DNA from: Candidatus Kapaibacterium sp.
GTDB lineage: Bacteria; Bacteroidota; Ignavibacteria; Palsa-1295
Reading direction: 5' to 3'
Assembly (NCBI GenBank): GCA_035632315.1
Contig: DASQGZ010000047.1
Coordinates: 685-64,684, forward strand
DNA: 64,000 bases
Positions within the stretch are counted from its first letter, which is position 1. Each line of letters opens with the position of its first letter. The notes beneath the pieces were generated by a model. That model had not been told where the DNA came from. It searched no databases and was given only the letters and a program-made list of their open reading frames with translations. Position numbers and translations under genes: made by a program. Positions 1-10,548 of this stretch are shown here, piece by piece.

Positions 1-497
1 TTCGTCGTCGGTTCGTTCGGCACGAAGATGTTCGATTCGTTGATGAACTGCGTGAAAAATGGAATCGCAACAGCTTGTGTGATCGGCATAACGTTCACGC
101 TGGTCAGCACAGCCCGCAGTGCGTTCGACGCCCGCGTTCCTGCCGACACGCCGCCATAGCTGACGATACCAGCAGGCTTATTCGCCCATTCCTGCATCAG
201 ATAATCCAGTGCGTTCTTCAGCGGAGCGGTATAGCTGTAATTATATTCGGCGGCAACGAAAATAAATGCATCCGCTTCGTCGATCTTGATGCTCCAGCGT
301 TTTGTGTACTCGTTCTGGTAGTTGCGAAAGCGCGGGTGATTCGGTTCATCCATCATCGGAAGATTCAATTCTGCAAGATCAATGAGTTCGATGTCCCATT
401 GCGAATGTGCTGCAGCAACATCCTGTATCCATTTCGCGATGATCGGTCCTTTGCGTCCCGGGCGCGTTGTTGATGTAATGATCTTGAGCTTGTACAT
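1..497 (-). CDS. NAD(P)H-dependent FMN reductase-family oxidoreductase (start in window, 3' end runs off left edge)
   Basis: Absent from the ORF track because no stop lies in the window. My reverse-complement translation from ATG at 497 reads MYKLKIITSTTRPGRKGPIIAKWIQDVAAAHSQWDIELIDLAELNLPMMDEPNHPRF, a typical N-terminus of this flavodoxin-like family. The + ORF 75..473 is its shadow. Confidence 0.7.
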   Translation of the reverse strand, partial: MYKLKIITSTTRPGRKGPIIAKWIQDVAAAHSQWDIELIDLAELNLPMMDEPNHPRFRNYQNEYTKRWSIKIDEADAFIFVAAEYNYSYTAPLKNALDYLMQEWANKPAGIVSYGGVSAGTRASNALRAVLTSVNVMPITQAVAIPFFTQFINESNIFVPNEPTT

Positions 498-631
498 GCG
501 TGAGTCAATATTCGTAACGATGTCGTTCAACACAACTTACCATAGAATCGTGTTTACTGACTCGGCAGTTCGTCTTAGTTTTTTTGAGGTTGATTTCGTG
601 AGCGTATTTTAGCGGTTGGACGTTTACACTC

Positions 632-1507
632 ATGCGATCGGAAGCGATCGCACGCGAAACAGCAACGCATCAGCAACCAAGAACCATTATGTCACAAGAA
701 GCGAATGCTCACATGCAGACGAGCAGCATCTTAACCGATGCTCGCGGCGAAGGACGCACAATATTGCTTGTTCCCGGCGGACTGACGGGCTGGCAGAGCT
801 GGAAGCCGCATCAGGAAATTCTTGCGAAAACAAACCGTGCCATCCGTACGCAGCTCCACGCCGTAGAAAGCGGATTGCGCGGCGAGCAGTTGCCGAATGA
901 TTATTCCCTGCGGTATGAATCCAATTCACTCGCTCGGAAGATCGACGAGCTTGGGCTTGACCGATTCGATATCGTCGGGTGGTCGTTCGGTGCGGCGGTG
1001 TCGCTTACGTATGCGATCCATCATCCCGAACGAGTCAGGTCTTTGACGCTGATCGAGCCGCCGGCGATCTGGGTGCTCAGAAGTCAGGGGCCGCTCTCGA
1101 AAGAGCTCGAAGCAGACCGCACGGCGATCGCAAAACTCTATCCGGGCCCTGTGACTGACGACCAGCTTGTCTGGTTCTCTCATTTTGCAGGCTTTGTCCC
1201 GCCGGATGTTGACCCGCGGAAACTTCCGATGTGGCCCTCGTGGTCAGAGCACAAACAATCGCTTCGCAATGGCGATGTTGTCTTCGCTCACGAAGATGAT
1301 ATCTCGCTGGTGAGAAATTTTGCAAACCCGGTATTGCTCTTTAAAGGCACGGGCTCTGCCGTATTTCTTCAAAATATCATCGATATACTTGTGAAGGAGT
1401 TTCCGAACGCACAACTGGCAGAGCTACCGGGCGGACACGCACCGCAGATCGTGTCGATGCCGCAATTCATGGAGACCCTAAATAATTTTCTTGAAGCTCA
1501 CGCATAA
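632..1507 (+). CDS. alpha/beta-fold hydrolase
   Basis: 291-aa ORF with LLVPGGLTGW oxyanion region, nucleophile elbow GWSFGAAV (GxSxG) and C-terminal GGHAPQ histidine motif. ATG at 689 or 713 may be the real start. Confidence 0.8.
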   Translation: MRSEAIARETATHQQPRTIMSQEANAHMQTSSILTDARGEGRTILLVPGGLTGWQSWKPHQEILAKTNRAIRTQLHAVESGLRGEQLPNDYSLRYESNSLARKIDELGLDRFDIVGWSFGAAVSLTYAIHHPERVRSLTLIEPPAIWVLRSQGPLSKELEADRTAIAKLYPGPVTDDQLVWFSHFAGFVPPDVDPRKLPMWPSWSEHKQSLRNGDVVFAHEDDISLVRNFANPVLLFKGTGSAVFLQNIIDILVKEFPNAQLAELPGGHAPQIVSMPQFMETLNNFLEAHA

Positions 1508-1537
1508 TTGAACCCCCACTTATTATATTAGCCTACG

Positions 1538-2332
1538 ATGAACACCGACTCATTCCATTATTCTGTCACCGATCACATCGCCCGCGTGCGATTCGCTCGG
1601 CCCGCGACGCTTGGCTCCCTGACATTCAAGGTCTATCGTGACCTGACTGATCTGATGTATCAACTCCGGTTCGATGACAACGTGAAAGTGGTCATCATCG
1701 AAGGCGAAGGCAAGGGCTTTTGCTCAGGCGGTGATGTTAATGAGATCATTGGTGACTTGCTCAAGCGTGATACGAAAGGCTTGCTTGAATTTACGCGGAT
1801 GTCCGGCGAACTCATCACGAACATGCGGCAACTGGAAAAGCCGATCATCTCGTCTATCAACGGGGTCGCGGCAGGGGCAGGCGCGGTCATTGCGCTCGCG
1901 AGCGATTTCCGCATCATGACGAAAGAGGCGTATCTCGCTTTTCTCTTTCAGAAAGTCGGGCTCACCGGTGCGGATATGGGTGCAGTCTATTTATTGCCGA
2001 AAGTTGTCGGGCTTGCGCGAGCGACAGAATACCTGATGCTTGGCGATAAGATACTGAGCGAGGAATGTTTGAAAATCGGACTTGTGAATAAAGTTGTTGA
2101 CTCAAAAGATCTCGAATCTGAAACGATGTCGCTTGCGAAGCGATTGGCAGAAAGCGCATCGCTTGCACTTGGACTCACTAAGCGACTGATCAATAACGAG
2201 TGGCTGATGGATATTGCAAGCGCCATCGAACAGGAAGCGACAGCGCAAGCTCTGATGATGCAAACAGAAGATCATCGGGAATTTCACAAGGCGTTCTCCG
2301 AGAAGCGTAAACCAAATTTCAAAGGGAAATAA
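1538..2332 (+). CDS. enoyl-CoA hydratase/isomerase (crotonase) family protein
   Basis: 264 aa. Crotonase-fold segments GEGKGFCSGGDV and INGVAAGAGAVIALASDFRI. Confidence 0.85.
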   Translation: MNTDSFHYSVTDHIARVRFARPATLGSLTFKVYRDLTDLMYQLRFDDNVKVVIIEGEGKGFCSGGDVNEIIGDLLKRDTKGLLEFTRMSGELITNMRQLEKPIISSINGVAAGAGAVIALASDFRIMTKEAYLAFLFQKVGLTGADMGAVYLLPKVVGLARATEYLMLGDKILSEECLKIGLVNKVVDSKDLESETMSLAKRLAESASLALGLTKRLINNEWLMDIASAIEQEATAQALMMQTEDHREFHKAFSEKRKPNFKGK

Positions 2333-2334
2333 GT

Positions 2335-2889
2335 TTGAAGCAATTAATTGTCATAAGTGCTCCATCCGGTGCGGGGAAAACTACAATCACCAAACGAATG
2401 CTCGAAAAGCATCCGAATGAACTGACGTTCAGCATTTCCGCAACAACGCGGCAGATGCGTAATGGCGAGCGCGATGGCGTTGATTATTATTTTCTCTCAA
2501 AAGAAGATTTTGTTCACAAGATCAAGAATAATGAGTTAATAGAGTATGAAGAAATTTTTGGAAATTACTATGGGACGCTCGTCTCAGAAATAGACCGCGC
2601 TAAAGTGCAAGGTAAAAGTTTAATTTTCGATATCGATGTCAAAGGCGGCATTTCGATCCGCAACCGATTCCCGAATGATAGCCTGCTTATTTTCATTGCG
2701 CCGCCATCGCTCGAAGTTCTCCGTGAACGATTGACGAATCGCGGCACCGAAAACGCTGAAGTCATTGAGCGCCGGCTCGCCCGCGCAAAAATGGAAATGG
2801 AAATGGCCGTAGTATATGATCATATCGTGGTCAACGACAATCTCGATATTGCGACAACACAGGTTGAGAGCCTTATTTTTAGCCAATAA
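2335..2889 (+). CDS. gmk: guanylate kinase
   Basis: 184 aa. P-loop SAPSGAGKTT and guanylate kinase signature SATTRQMRNGERDGVDYYF. TTG start lies 3 nt after the upstream stop. Confidence 0.9.
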   Translation: MKQLIVISAPSGAGKTTITKRMLEKHPNELTFSISATTRQMRNGERDGVDYYFLSKEDFVHKIKNNELIEYEEIFGNYYGTLVSEIDRAKVQGKSLIFDIDVKGGISIRNRFPNDSLLIFIAPPSLEVLRERLTNRGTENAEVIERRLARAKMEMEMAVVYDHIVVNDNLDIATTQVESLIFSQ

Positions 2890-2984
2890 GCTTTCATCCG
2901 TGCGGATCCACACCAGATCAGAGTAATCCTCTACTTTATTAGTGTACAGGAATACACCTTAATAGAAACCCTGAACCACCGCTT

Positions 2985-4754
2985 TTGAAAAGTCGTTATA
3001 TAGTCCCACTTTTTGTCAATAACGAAGGATCTGCCAAGAATATGACTTATAAACACTATCCCAGCCGCCCTGGGACGCTGACTGCTGAATTTGTCGAACA
3101 AGAATACCAAAAATTATTAGACCGGCTGCCCGAAGCAGAAGCCGCTGCCGATAGTTCGGTTTGGATCGAACTCTACGCCGATTGGAATGCCCTGCATTCG
3201 TTCGTTACGAGTGAATCGAGCCGCATAAATCATGCATTGAACAAAGAAATGACGAACGAGGCGATCGAAGAACGCGACAAATATCAGCGTGAACAGGTCC
3301 AACCCGTTGCCGACCGCGCCAATGCGGCAATGCTCGAAGCAGTCCTGAAATCACAGTATAAAGAGGCTGTCGGCAAACGCTACGGAATGCATCTCCTTGA
3401 CGTGTTTGACGTGATGCAGGAGCCACTTGCGCCCATCAATATAGATCTACGTGTTCAAGTCGGCAATCTTTCAATGGAATACGATAAGATAGTTTCGCAG
3501 GGCGAAGTAACGGTCGGCGGCGAGACGTTGACGCTTTCGCGAGTGAGAAATCTGCAGAGTTCCGATAATGCGGCAACACGCAAAGAAGCATTTGAAGCAT
3601 ATCGCAACTGGTTCTTACAGCACCGCGACGAGATCGCGGCGATCTATGATAAGATGGTCCATCTTCGCGACACGATGGGAAAGAATCTCGGACATAAGAG
3701 TTTTATCCCGTTGGGATATGAGTCAATGGGGCGCACCGATTATGGTGTCGAAGATGCAAAGAAATTCCGCGAGAACATTCGGAAATATGTTGTTCCGGTT
3801 CAATCGAAAATGTACGCCGCTCGTGCAAAGCGCCTCGGCGTTGCAACATTGAAGCCATGGGATACGTCGTACGACCCGGCGTTCACGCTTCCGAGCGGTA
3901 TCGCACCGGTCGATACACAGATCGAAAAAGCACAGCACATTTTTGACAAGCTCTCCCCTTCTCTTGGTAAACATTTTATGCGGATGAGAACCGAAGGGCT
4001 GATCGATCTAGAAAATCGAAAAGGCAAACGTGCAGGGGCGTATTGCACGTCATTCCCCGATGAAGGCCGTGTTGCCATTCTCTGCAATTCGACAGGCGAT
4101 AGCGATGATGTCGGGACCTTGACACATGAGATGGGTCACGCATTTCAGGGTTGGGAATCACAGTCGATCGAAGCAGTCGATCTGCAATGGCCGACGTCGG
4201 ATGCCTGCGAAGTGCACTCGATGGGAATGGAATATCTTTCGATGAGATATATGACGGAATTCTTCGAAAGCGAACTTGCAGAGAAATTCCGTCGCAATCG
4301 TTGGCGCGATGGCGTAGAGATTATCTGCTATATTGCCATTGTCGATGAATTCCAGCACTGGGTTTATGAGAATCCGAATGCCACTCCTGACGAACGTGAC
4401 GCGGCATGGAATCGGATCTGGGATATCTACAAACCCGGAATTGATTGGAGTGGTGCAGAGCAGTACAAAGCTGCTCGCTGGTACGCGCAAGGACATATTT
4501 TCGGTATGCCATTTTATTATATCGACTACGCCATTGCCGAGACAGGCGCAATGCAGCTTGCTCTAATGGACGCAAAAGATCATTCGAGCACGATCGAAGC
4601 TTACTTGAAGCTTTGCCGCATCGGCGGGACAATGAGCGTTTTGAATATTTTCAAATCGGTTGGGATGCGCTCACCGTTCGATGAATTGCTCATGAAAGAC
4701 CTCATGGCTCACGCCTCAAAGCTGCTGGATGTGGAAGAAGCTGTGATGGCGTAA
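2985..4754 (+). CDS. pepF: M3-family oligoendopeptidase F-like metallopeptidase
   Basis: 589-aa ORF with zinc motif HEMGHAFQ (HExxH). Length and pattern fit M3B oligoendopeptidases. The ORF-track start is TTG; ATG at 3042 is a likelier start. Confidence 0.82.
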   Translation: MKSRYIVPLFVNNEGSAKNMTYKHYPSRPGTLTAEFVEQEYQKLLDRLPEAEAAADSSVWIELYADWNALHSFVTSESSRINHALNKEMTNEAIEERDKYQREQVQPVADRANAAMLEAVLKSQYKEAVGKRYGMHLLDVFDVMQEPLAPINIDLRVQVGNLSMEYDKIVSQGEVTVGGETLTLSRVRNLQSSDNAATRKEAFEAYRNWFLQHRDEIAAIYDKMVHLRDTMGKNLGHKSFIPLGYESMGRTDYGVEDAKKFRENIRKYVVPVQSKMYAARAKRLGVATLKPWDTSYDPAFTLPSGIAPVDTQIEKAQHIFDKLSPSLGKHFMRMRTEGLIDLENRKGKRAGAYCTSFPDEGRVAILCNSTGDSDDVGTLTHEMGHAFQGWESQSIEAVDLQWPTSDACEVHSMGMEYLSMRYMTEFFESELAEKFRRNRWRDGVEIICYIAIVDEFQHWVYENPNATPDERDAAWNRIWDIYKPGIDWSGAEQYKAARWYAQGHIFGMPFYYIDYAIAETGAMQLALMDAKDHSSTIEAYLKLCRIGGTMSVLNIFKSVGMRSPFDELLMKDLMAHASKLLDVEEAVMA

Positions 4755-4819
4755 GCCAAGGACGACGGAATTCTTTCCGTTAATACGTGTTTTCAACTGC
4801 CCAATTTTAGAAAAACGCG

Positions 4820-5170
4820 ATGTTTACAATATTCGTAATATTGATCTTACTTGTCGGCTTGTTTATGTCGGCAGTTATTTTAGCGCAATCGCCGAAAGGT
4901 GACGGCCTGGTTGGTGCGCTTGGCGCGCCAGGAGGCGTCGGTACAATGTTCGGTGTTCGCCGGGCTGCCGATTTTCTCGTCAAAGCGACGATCACGCTTG
5001 CTGCGATCTTTATCGTCTTCTGCATCGCCGCGAACCGGCTGTTCCTGCCATCGGGTACTGAAGTCACAGGCGGCAATCCGCTTCGTGAAGGGCAGGCTCC
5101 TTCGGCATCTCCGGCTCAACAGATGCCCGGAGGCGCCCCTCCTCCTTCAAGCCAGGCACCAGCTAAGTAA
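4820..5170 (+). CDS. secG: preprotein translocase subunit SecG
   Basis: 116 aa. Two hydrophobic helices flank the SecG-typical loop LAQSPKGDGLVGALGAPGGVGTMFG. Pro/Ala-rich tail. Confidence 0.85.
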   Translation: MFTIFVILILLVGLFMSAVILAQSPKGDGLVGALGAPGGVGTMFGVRRAADFLVKATITLAAIFIVFCIAANRLFLPSGTEVTGGNPLREGQAPSASPAQQMPGGAPPPSSQAPAK

Positions 5171-5287
5171 GAGCTCGGCTCCACATCAAAAGATTTCTTG
5201 AGAAACCTCCCCGAACCACCGAACCGCGTGGAGTGTTGATTTTAGTGCCAGAGGCGCTACTCACAAGCTCTCTGCAGGAGGATTTCT

Positions 5288-6094
5288 ATGCGAACGATTC
5301 TTTCTTTTGTACTCATCACAACAATTCTTACCCACACTGCAAGCGCACGACGATTGAAAGCATACTCTTATCCGAAACAGATCGCTGCCGGACAAATGGC
5401 AATGATCGTTATGGAAAATCCGAATTTCGATAAAGTGTTTTCACGGACGAATTGCGAGGCAGAAAAATTGATCGGCTGGGTAAAAGACGAAGTCCCGATC
5501 CTGCGCATCGAACAAAATGGAAAGTCGATCTTCACGTCACTCGGTTCATTCCAGACAATGGGTGATAGCGCGATCGCAAGTTGGATGATTCCCGTGACGC
5601 TCCTGCCGGGTCAAGCGACAATTTATATTATTAATGATCATGACGCGAGCATTCCGTACCCCTTCACGGTCATACCAAAAATGAACTGCAACCTTATCAA
5701 AACACTTGGCGATTTGAAACCGCTACAAAAATTTTCAGTCGTTGGTGAGGGATTTGTCGGGATGCAGCTTCTCGATACGAAAGTCCCGATCCACGCGCTT
5801 GAAATGAATATCGGATATAGCAAGCTTCCTGTAGCAGATCAATACACGGCACTCAATAAACGGATGGCGATCGATTGGGCACAGATCCCGACAGCTGATT
5901 TTCTTGCCGTCGATCAAGGCGCAAAACACTGGGATATTTTTGTCGAAGGCTGTGGTATAACCAAAGATGGGCTGACACTTGATTTTATCTGCCCACCTGA
6001 CCTCACGCCCGGCGTCGCGACGATCACCCTATCCGAACGCTACAATAATACCGAAGCCTGTAAAAGCGCTCCGCTGCAAGTGACAGTGCAATAG
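5288..6094 (+). CDS. hypothetical secreted protein
   Basis: 268 aa with signal-peptide-like MRTILSFVLITTILTHTASA. AGGAGG lies 6 nt upstream of the ATG. No family recognised. Confidence 0.5.
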   Translation: MRTILSFVLITTILTHTASARRLKAYSYPKQIAAGQMAMIVMENPNFDKVFSRTNCEAEKLIGWVKDEVPILRIEQNGKSIFTSLGSFQTMGDSAIASWMIPVTLLPGQATIYIINDHDASIPYPFTVIPKMNCNLIKTLGDLKPLQKFSVVGEGFVGMQLLDTKVPIHALEMNIGYSKLPVADQYTALNKRMAIDWAQIPTADFLAVDQGAKHWDIFVEGCGITKDGLTLDFICPPDLTPGVATITLSERYNNTEACKSAPLQVTVQ

Positions 6095-6315
6095 TTATTG
6101 TTTTATGAACGTCGTTCGTCCGATAATATCACCGGAGTTTGACATCAACTCCACATTATATAATCCGGTCGAAAAACTCTCTGCGTGATATTGTGATGTC
6201 GTGGGAAAACTGCCGACAATATGCGGATTGACTCACTCTCATTTGTACAAACCACTTAAAAAAACATATTGACTTTATTTACTCTATCATTGTTGTATGG
6301 CTCGTACTGTAGTAT

Positions 6316-6948
6316 ATGCGATCCCAACTTGAACGTGTTCTTTTACTTCTGACCATTCTTGCTGTGCTTCCCGAAGCACGAGCCCAGAATGCCTCTGCGC
6401 ATAACTCCCCGAAACAGCATAAACCATCTGACACCGTCGGTGTCGTGAGTGGAGTCGTGATCACGCTCCGAGATTTCCATCATGAACTCAAACAAACAAT
6501 GAACGATCATCTGGCTGAGATCAAGGATCGCTCAGTCACCGATTCGCAATACACGATATTCGTAAATAATACTTGGGATAAAATGGTCGGTGACGTACTG
6601 CTCGAACAAGAACTGAAAAAAAGAAAAATAGAACTATCGAACAACGATGTGATCGACCGGATCTTGAAGAAGCCTTCGGATGCATTCACAAAAAGCTTTA
6701 CCGACTCCGCTGGGACGTTCCACCCCAATGCATTGGAACATTACTTGAAACAACCCGGACAGGATTCACTTCGCGATCAGGTAATCGGATATTATCAAAT
6801 GTTATTTGAACAGGACGATCTCGTCAAAAGCATCGCTCCAAAAGCAAAGACCGATAGTGAGCGTAAAAGGATCGTCGATCGATGGATAAAAAAACATGCG
6901 GCAACCGCTGATATTGATGACCGGCGACCGGCATTCGGATTTTATTGA
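6316..6948 (+). CDS. hypothetical periplasmic protein, possibly SurA-N-terminal-like chaperone domain
   Basis: 210 aa with signal peptide (LLLLTILAVLPEARAQ). Helical, charged body resembles SurA/PpiD N-terminal domains without a PPIase domain. Sits immediately upstream of nusB. Confidence 0.4.
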   Translation: MRSQLERVLLLLTILAVLPEARAQNASAHNSPKQHKPSDTVGVVSGVVITLRDFHHELKQTMNDHLAEIKDRSVTDSQYTIFVNNTWDKMVGDVLLEQELKKRKIELSNNDVIDRILKKPSDAFTKSFTDSAGTFHPNALEHYLKQPGQDSLRDQVIGYYQMLFEQDDLVKSIAPKAKTDSERKRIVDRWIKKHAATADIDDRRPAFGFY

Positions 6949-6954
6949 TTTCTT

Positions 6955-7509
6955 ATGGCAAGCTATACACGCGATCAGATTGAAGACGTTCCGATCCTTC
7001 GGATCGAGAATGAAGAAATATTCGACAACGACCCGGAGCGTGATAAACATCTTTCGCGCCGACGGCTCGCTCGCGAACGGGTCCTGCAACTCATCTATTC
7101 TCACTTAATGAACGACCGCGATACCGATGAATTGTTCTTTGAGATGATACAATCCGATGAATTATTAAATGAACAGGCTATTGAATTTGCAAGGCTGCTG
7201 GTAAGAAGTTATAATGTCCATAAAAATGAACTGAACGACATCATCTCTAAACATCTTGCCCATTGGGATGTGTCGCGTGTTGCGCTGATCGATAAGATCC
7301 TGATCCAGATCGGAATTCTCGAATTCAAATATTTTCCGGATGTGCCGCTCAAAGCGACGATCAATGAACTCATTGAAATCGCAAAAGATTTTTCGACCGA
7401 TGAAAGCGGTAAGTTCATTAATGGTATTCTGCATGCCATTAAAGAAGACCTCAACAGCGCCGGTGAATCAAAGAAGGAAGGCAGAGGCCTTATCGAGCAA
7501 AGCCTGTGA
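6955..7509 (+). CDS. nusB: transcription antitermination factor NusB
   Basis: 184 aa. NusB-type RRLARERVLQLIYSH and C-terminal FINGILHAI. 4-nt overlap with the next gene. Confidence 0.85.
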   Translation: MASYTRDQIEDVPILRIENEEIFDNDPERDKHLSRRRLARERVLQLIYSHLMNDRDTDELFFEMIQSDELLNEQAIEFARLLVRSYNVHKNELNDIISKHLAHWDVSRVALIDKILIQIGILEFKYFPDVPLKATINELIEIAKDFSTDESGKFINGILHAIKEDLNSAGESKKEGRGLIEQSL

Positions 7510-8309
7510 GTCACGAACAACACTCTCGCAAGCAGCAAACCGAAGACGGAGCAGCAGCACTTCCGAAGTATGTTGCCGGCCGTCGTCCAGTTTTGGAATT
7601 ACTTCGGACGGACGAAGGACGGGCAAAGATCGAAAAAGTTTATATTGCTCATGGAGTCCAAGGACAATCGGTCAGTGAAATTCTTCACTATGTTCACAAA
7701 TATAAACTGGCTCACTCCGAGATCGACCGCAGAAAATTCGGAGAGCTCGAACGAACCGTCGCAAAAAAAACGGATTCGCAGGGCGTGATCGTTCTTCTGA
7801 ACGCTGTCACCTATTGGGAGCTTGATGATCTTATTCCCGAAGCTTCGCGTCAGGGACGTGTTGTACTTGTTGCGCTCGACGGCATCGAAGACCCACACAA
7901 CATCGGCGCGATCATCCGCAGCGCGGAAGCTCTTGGGGCAAACGGAGTTCTTGTTCCGGTTCGCGGCACTTCGATGACACCTGCCGTATATAAAACGAGC
8001 GCAGGTGCAGCACTCAATTTACCGATCGTCAAATACAGCAACCTTTCTCAAACGATCAAAGACCTTCAAGAGTATTTCGGATTCACCTGCCTTGGCCTCG
8101 CAGGAGAAGGCGAGCAGGAGATCAGCCAGATCGACACCAGCGGGAATATCTGTCTTGTGATCGGCAGTGAAGAACGGGGACTGCATCAACTGACCCGCAA
8201 AAGCTGCGACCATCTTGTACGAATTCCTCTTAAAGGGAAAACTGAATCTCTCAATGCAAGTGTCGCGGCGGCGATAGCAATCTATAGTGTGATCAGCTCG
8301 GGCAAATAG
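7506..8309 (+). CDS. rlmB: 23S rRNA (guanosine-2'-O)-methyltransferase RlmB / TrmH-SpoU family
   Basis: 267 aa. SpoU motifs DGIEDPHNIGAIIRSAEALGANGV, LVIGSEERGL and IPLKGKTESLNASVAAAIAIY, plus N-terminal substrate-binding RRPVLELL. Confidence 0.85.
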   Translation: MSHEQHSRKQQTEDGAAALPKYVAGRRPVLELLRTDEGRAKIEKVYIAHGVQGQSVSEILHYVHKYKLAHSEIDRRKFGELERTVAKKTDSQGVIVLLNAVTYWELDDLIPEASRQGRVVLVALDGIEDPHNIGAIIRSAEALGANGVLVPVRGTSMTPAVYKTSAGAALNLPIVKYSNLSQTIKDLQEYFGFTCLGLAGEGEQEISQIDTSGNICLVIGSEERGLHQLTRKSCDHLVRIPLKGKTESLNASVAAAIAIYSVISSGK

Positions 8310-8311
8310 TT

Positions 8312-10465
8312 TTATTGTTCGTCCGCTAAAATAAAATCAAGCCCCCGCTTTTCAAAATTCACTCTTAGTAATTTCACACGCACTTTTTCCCCGATGCGAT
8401 ATACTGCCGTTGACCGGGCCTTGCCGCGACGTTGATGCGGAAGCAGTTTGTTCAATCCCTTTTGGGGTACAAGTGCCATCTGAGCCTCGTCATAAATATA
8501 AAAGCCTTTGAGTTCACGAATATGTAGGAGGCCTTCCGCGCCATTGTCAAGCCCGACAAAAAAACCATAATGCTGAACGCCGGTAATCGTGCCTTCGAAT
8601 TCATTACCGACCTGCGAGCGCATTACAAAGAGCCCTGCGACCTTTGCCGAATCGCGCTCCGCTTCGGTCGCGCGGCGTTCCATTGCGCTGGTATGATCGG
8701 CAATATCGGGTAGCAACTGAAAGTAATGATGTTCCCGACGAGCAGACATCTGCGACAAATATTCATCCAGCATCCGATGAATGATAAGATCGGGGTAACG
8801 GCGAATCGGCGACGTGAAATGCGTATAGTGCATAAATGCCAGTCCGAAATGACCTACATTATGCTCTGCATAAACTGCCTTCGCCATTGCACGAAGCATC
8901 AGACCGTTGAGTAAATGCTCTTCGGGCTTGTCTTTAATCGAATCAAGAAATTTTTGTATCGACTTCGGAGAAATATGCTCCGGATTGAATGAATATCCTA
9001 ATGATTTTGCAAGACTCGCAATATCACGAATTTTTTCCGGATCGGGGTCGGCGTGAATCCGGTACAGAAACGGTTTCTCGTTGCCCTCGCGAGCCTTGAG
9101 TGCAATGAATTCGGCAACAGCCCGGTTCGCAGCAAGCATAAATTCTTCGATCATCCTCATTGAGCCCAGCCGCTGCTTCTTTAAGGCTTCTATTGGTTCG
9201 CGGTTCTCATCGAATTTGAATCTGACCTCTTCCGTCTCGAAGTCGATCGAACCTGCTTTTCGGCGCTGCGCGTACATCACTTCCGAAAGTTCGCGCATCG
9301 AGCGGAGAAGTTTGGAGTATTTCCCTTTCCCGGTTGTCGTTCGTTTTTCTGCTTCTTCATAGGTGAAGCGCATAACGCTTTTGATGATCGATTTTCTGAA
9401 ATCACTTTGCTTCACTTTCCCCGTAAGAGGATCGATCTTCATAAAAACCGAGAATGTTAGTCGTTCGACGCCAGGCTTGAGCGAGCACAATTCGTTCGAA
9501 AGCTCTTCCGGAAGCATCGGGATCACCCCGCCGGCAAGATAGACCGACGTGCCGCGCTCGAGCGCTTCTGCGTCGAGCATTGTACTTTCACGTACGAAGT
9601 AGCTCACATCGGCAATATGAACTCCGAGGGTAACCGTCCAGTCATCATTTTCTGTAAGCGAAATGGCATCATCGAAATCTTTCGCATCTTCCGGGTCGAT
9701 TGTAAAGATCGTTTCTTTCCGCAGGTCGTGACGTTTGGCGATCTCTTCGCTCGGGATATGCTCTGGATATCGTCGCGTTTCCGCAATGACGTCTTCTGGA
9801 AACTCACCCGGCAAGCCATATTCAGCCTCAAGGTGTTCGATCTCTTCTTTGAATGTTGGCTCCTTTCGCTCGCGCGGGGCAAATATTTTGCGCTCTGGTA
9901 ATTGCTCCGGCAGTGCTGATTTATGCGCTTTAGCCGCTCGTCGTTCGGACCATACGGCTTGATCGATGCCTTTTGTACCGCCGCGACTTTGACTTTTTGG
10001 ATAAGTTTGTTCGCGCCGTTCGAGCACATCAAGAATTTCTCCACTGACGCGCTCGGTGCTGCTATCTGCGTGGATCTTTACCACTACCTTATCCCCGCTA
10101 TGCGCCTCACCAAGGTGATTTTTATGTATGAGTATCTGTATATTCATCCCCGAGCCGGGATCGGGCTTGACAATTCCGCGGCCGTTGCGCTCGATCTTCA
10201 GAACGCCATTTACTTTATCCGGCAGCGTCAGCGGAATTCCGAATCTGCGTCGTGAACTGCGGGTAATAACACCGCCTTCCTCTAATTGTCTGAGTGTTGT
10301 ACGAAGCTCTTGGTATCGGTCATCATCGGAGCGAATACCGATCATTTTAGAGATTTCGTTTGTCTTAAAGAGCTCGCCGGTGTGGTTCGTGAACAGCCGG
10401 AGCAGTTCATCGGTCAGCGTTCCGCGAGAAGCAGCGAAATCCTTCGAGTGTTTCTTTTTTGACAT
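8312..10465 (-). CDS. rnr: ribonuclease R
   Basis: 717 aa. RNB catalytic motifs TIDPEDAKDFDDAIS and HFGLAFMHYTHFTSPIRRYPDLIIHR. C-terminal S1 domain GTITGVQHYGFFVGL. Confidence 0.92.
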   Translation of the reverse strand: MSKKKHSKDFAASRGTLTDELLRLFTNHTGELFKTNEISKMIGIRSDDDRYQELRTTLRQLEEGGVITRSSRRRFGIPLTLPDKVNGVLKIERNGRGIVKPDPGSGMNIQILIHKNHLGEAHSGDKVVVKIHADSSTERVSGEILDVLERREQTYPKSQSRGGTKGIDQAVWSERRAAKAHKSALPEQLPERKIFAPRERKEPTFKEEIEHLEAEYGLPGEFPEDVIAETRRYPEHIPSEEIAKRHDLRKETIFTIDPEDAKDFDDAISLTENDDWTVTLGVHIADVSYFVRESTMLDAEALERGTSVYLAGGVIPMLPEELSNELCSLKPGVERLTFSVFMKIDPLTGKVKQSDFRKSIIKSVMRFTYEEAEKRTTTGKGKYSKLLRSMRELSEVMYAQRRKAGSIDFETEEVRFKFDENREPIEALKKQRLGSMRMIEEFMLAANRAVAEFIALKAREGNEKPFLYRIHADPDPEKIRDIASLAKSLGYSFNPEHISPKSIQKFLDSIKDKPEEHLLNGLMLRAMAKAVYAEHNVGHFGLAFMHYTHFTSPIRRYPDLIIHRMLDEYLSQMSARREHHYFQLLPDIADHTSAMERRATEAERDSAKVAGLFVMRSQVGNEFEGTITGVQHYGFFVGLDNGAEGLLHIRELKGFYIYDEAQMALVPQKGLNKLLPHQRRGKARSTAVYRIGEKVRVKLLRVNFEKRGLDFILADEQ

Positions 10466-10548
10466 CTTGGCGAGAGCAATACAAATGCAAACAATTTGAT
10501 ATAAAGATACGAAACTGAAACTGTGGTACGAAGTAAGTAAACGATTTA

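Noticed and set aside
75-473. A + strand 132-aa ORF at the left edge.
   Set aside because: The opposite strand encodes a recognisable FMN-reductase-family N-terminus starting at ATG 497. The + ORF product is Cys/Arg/His-rich with no motif.
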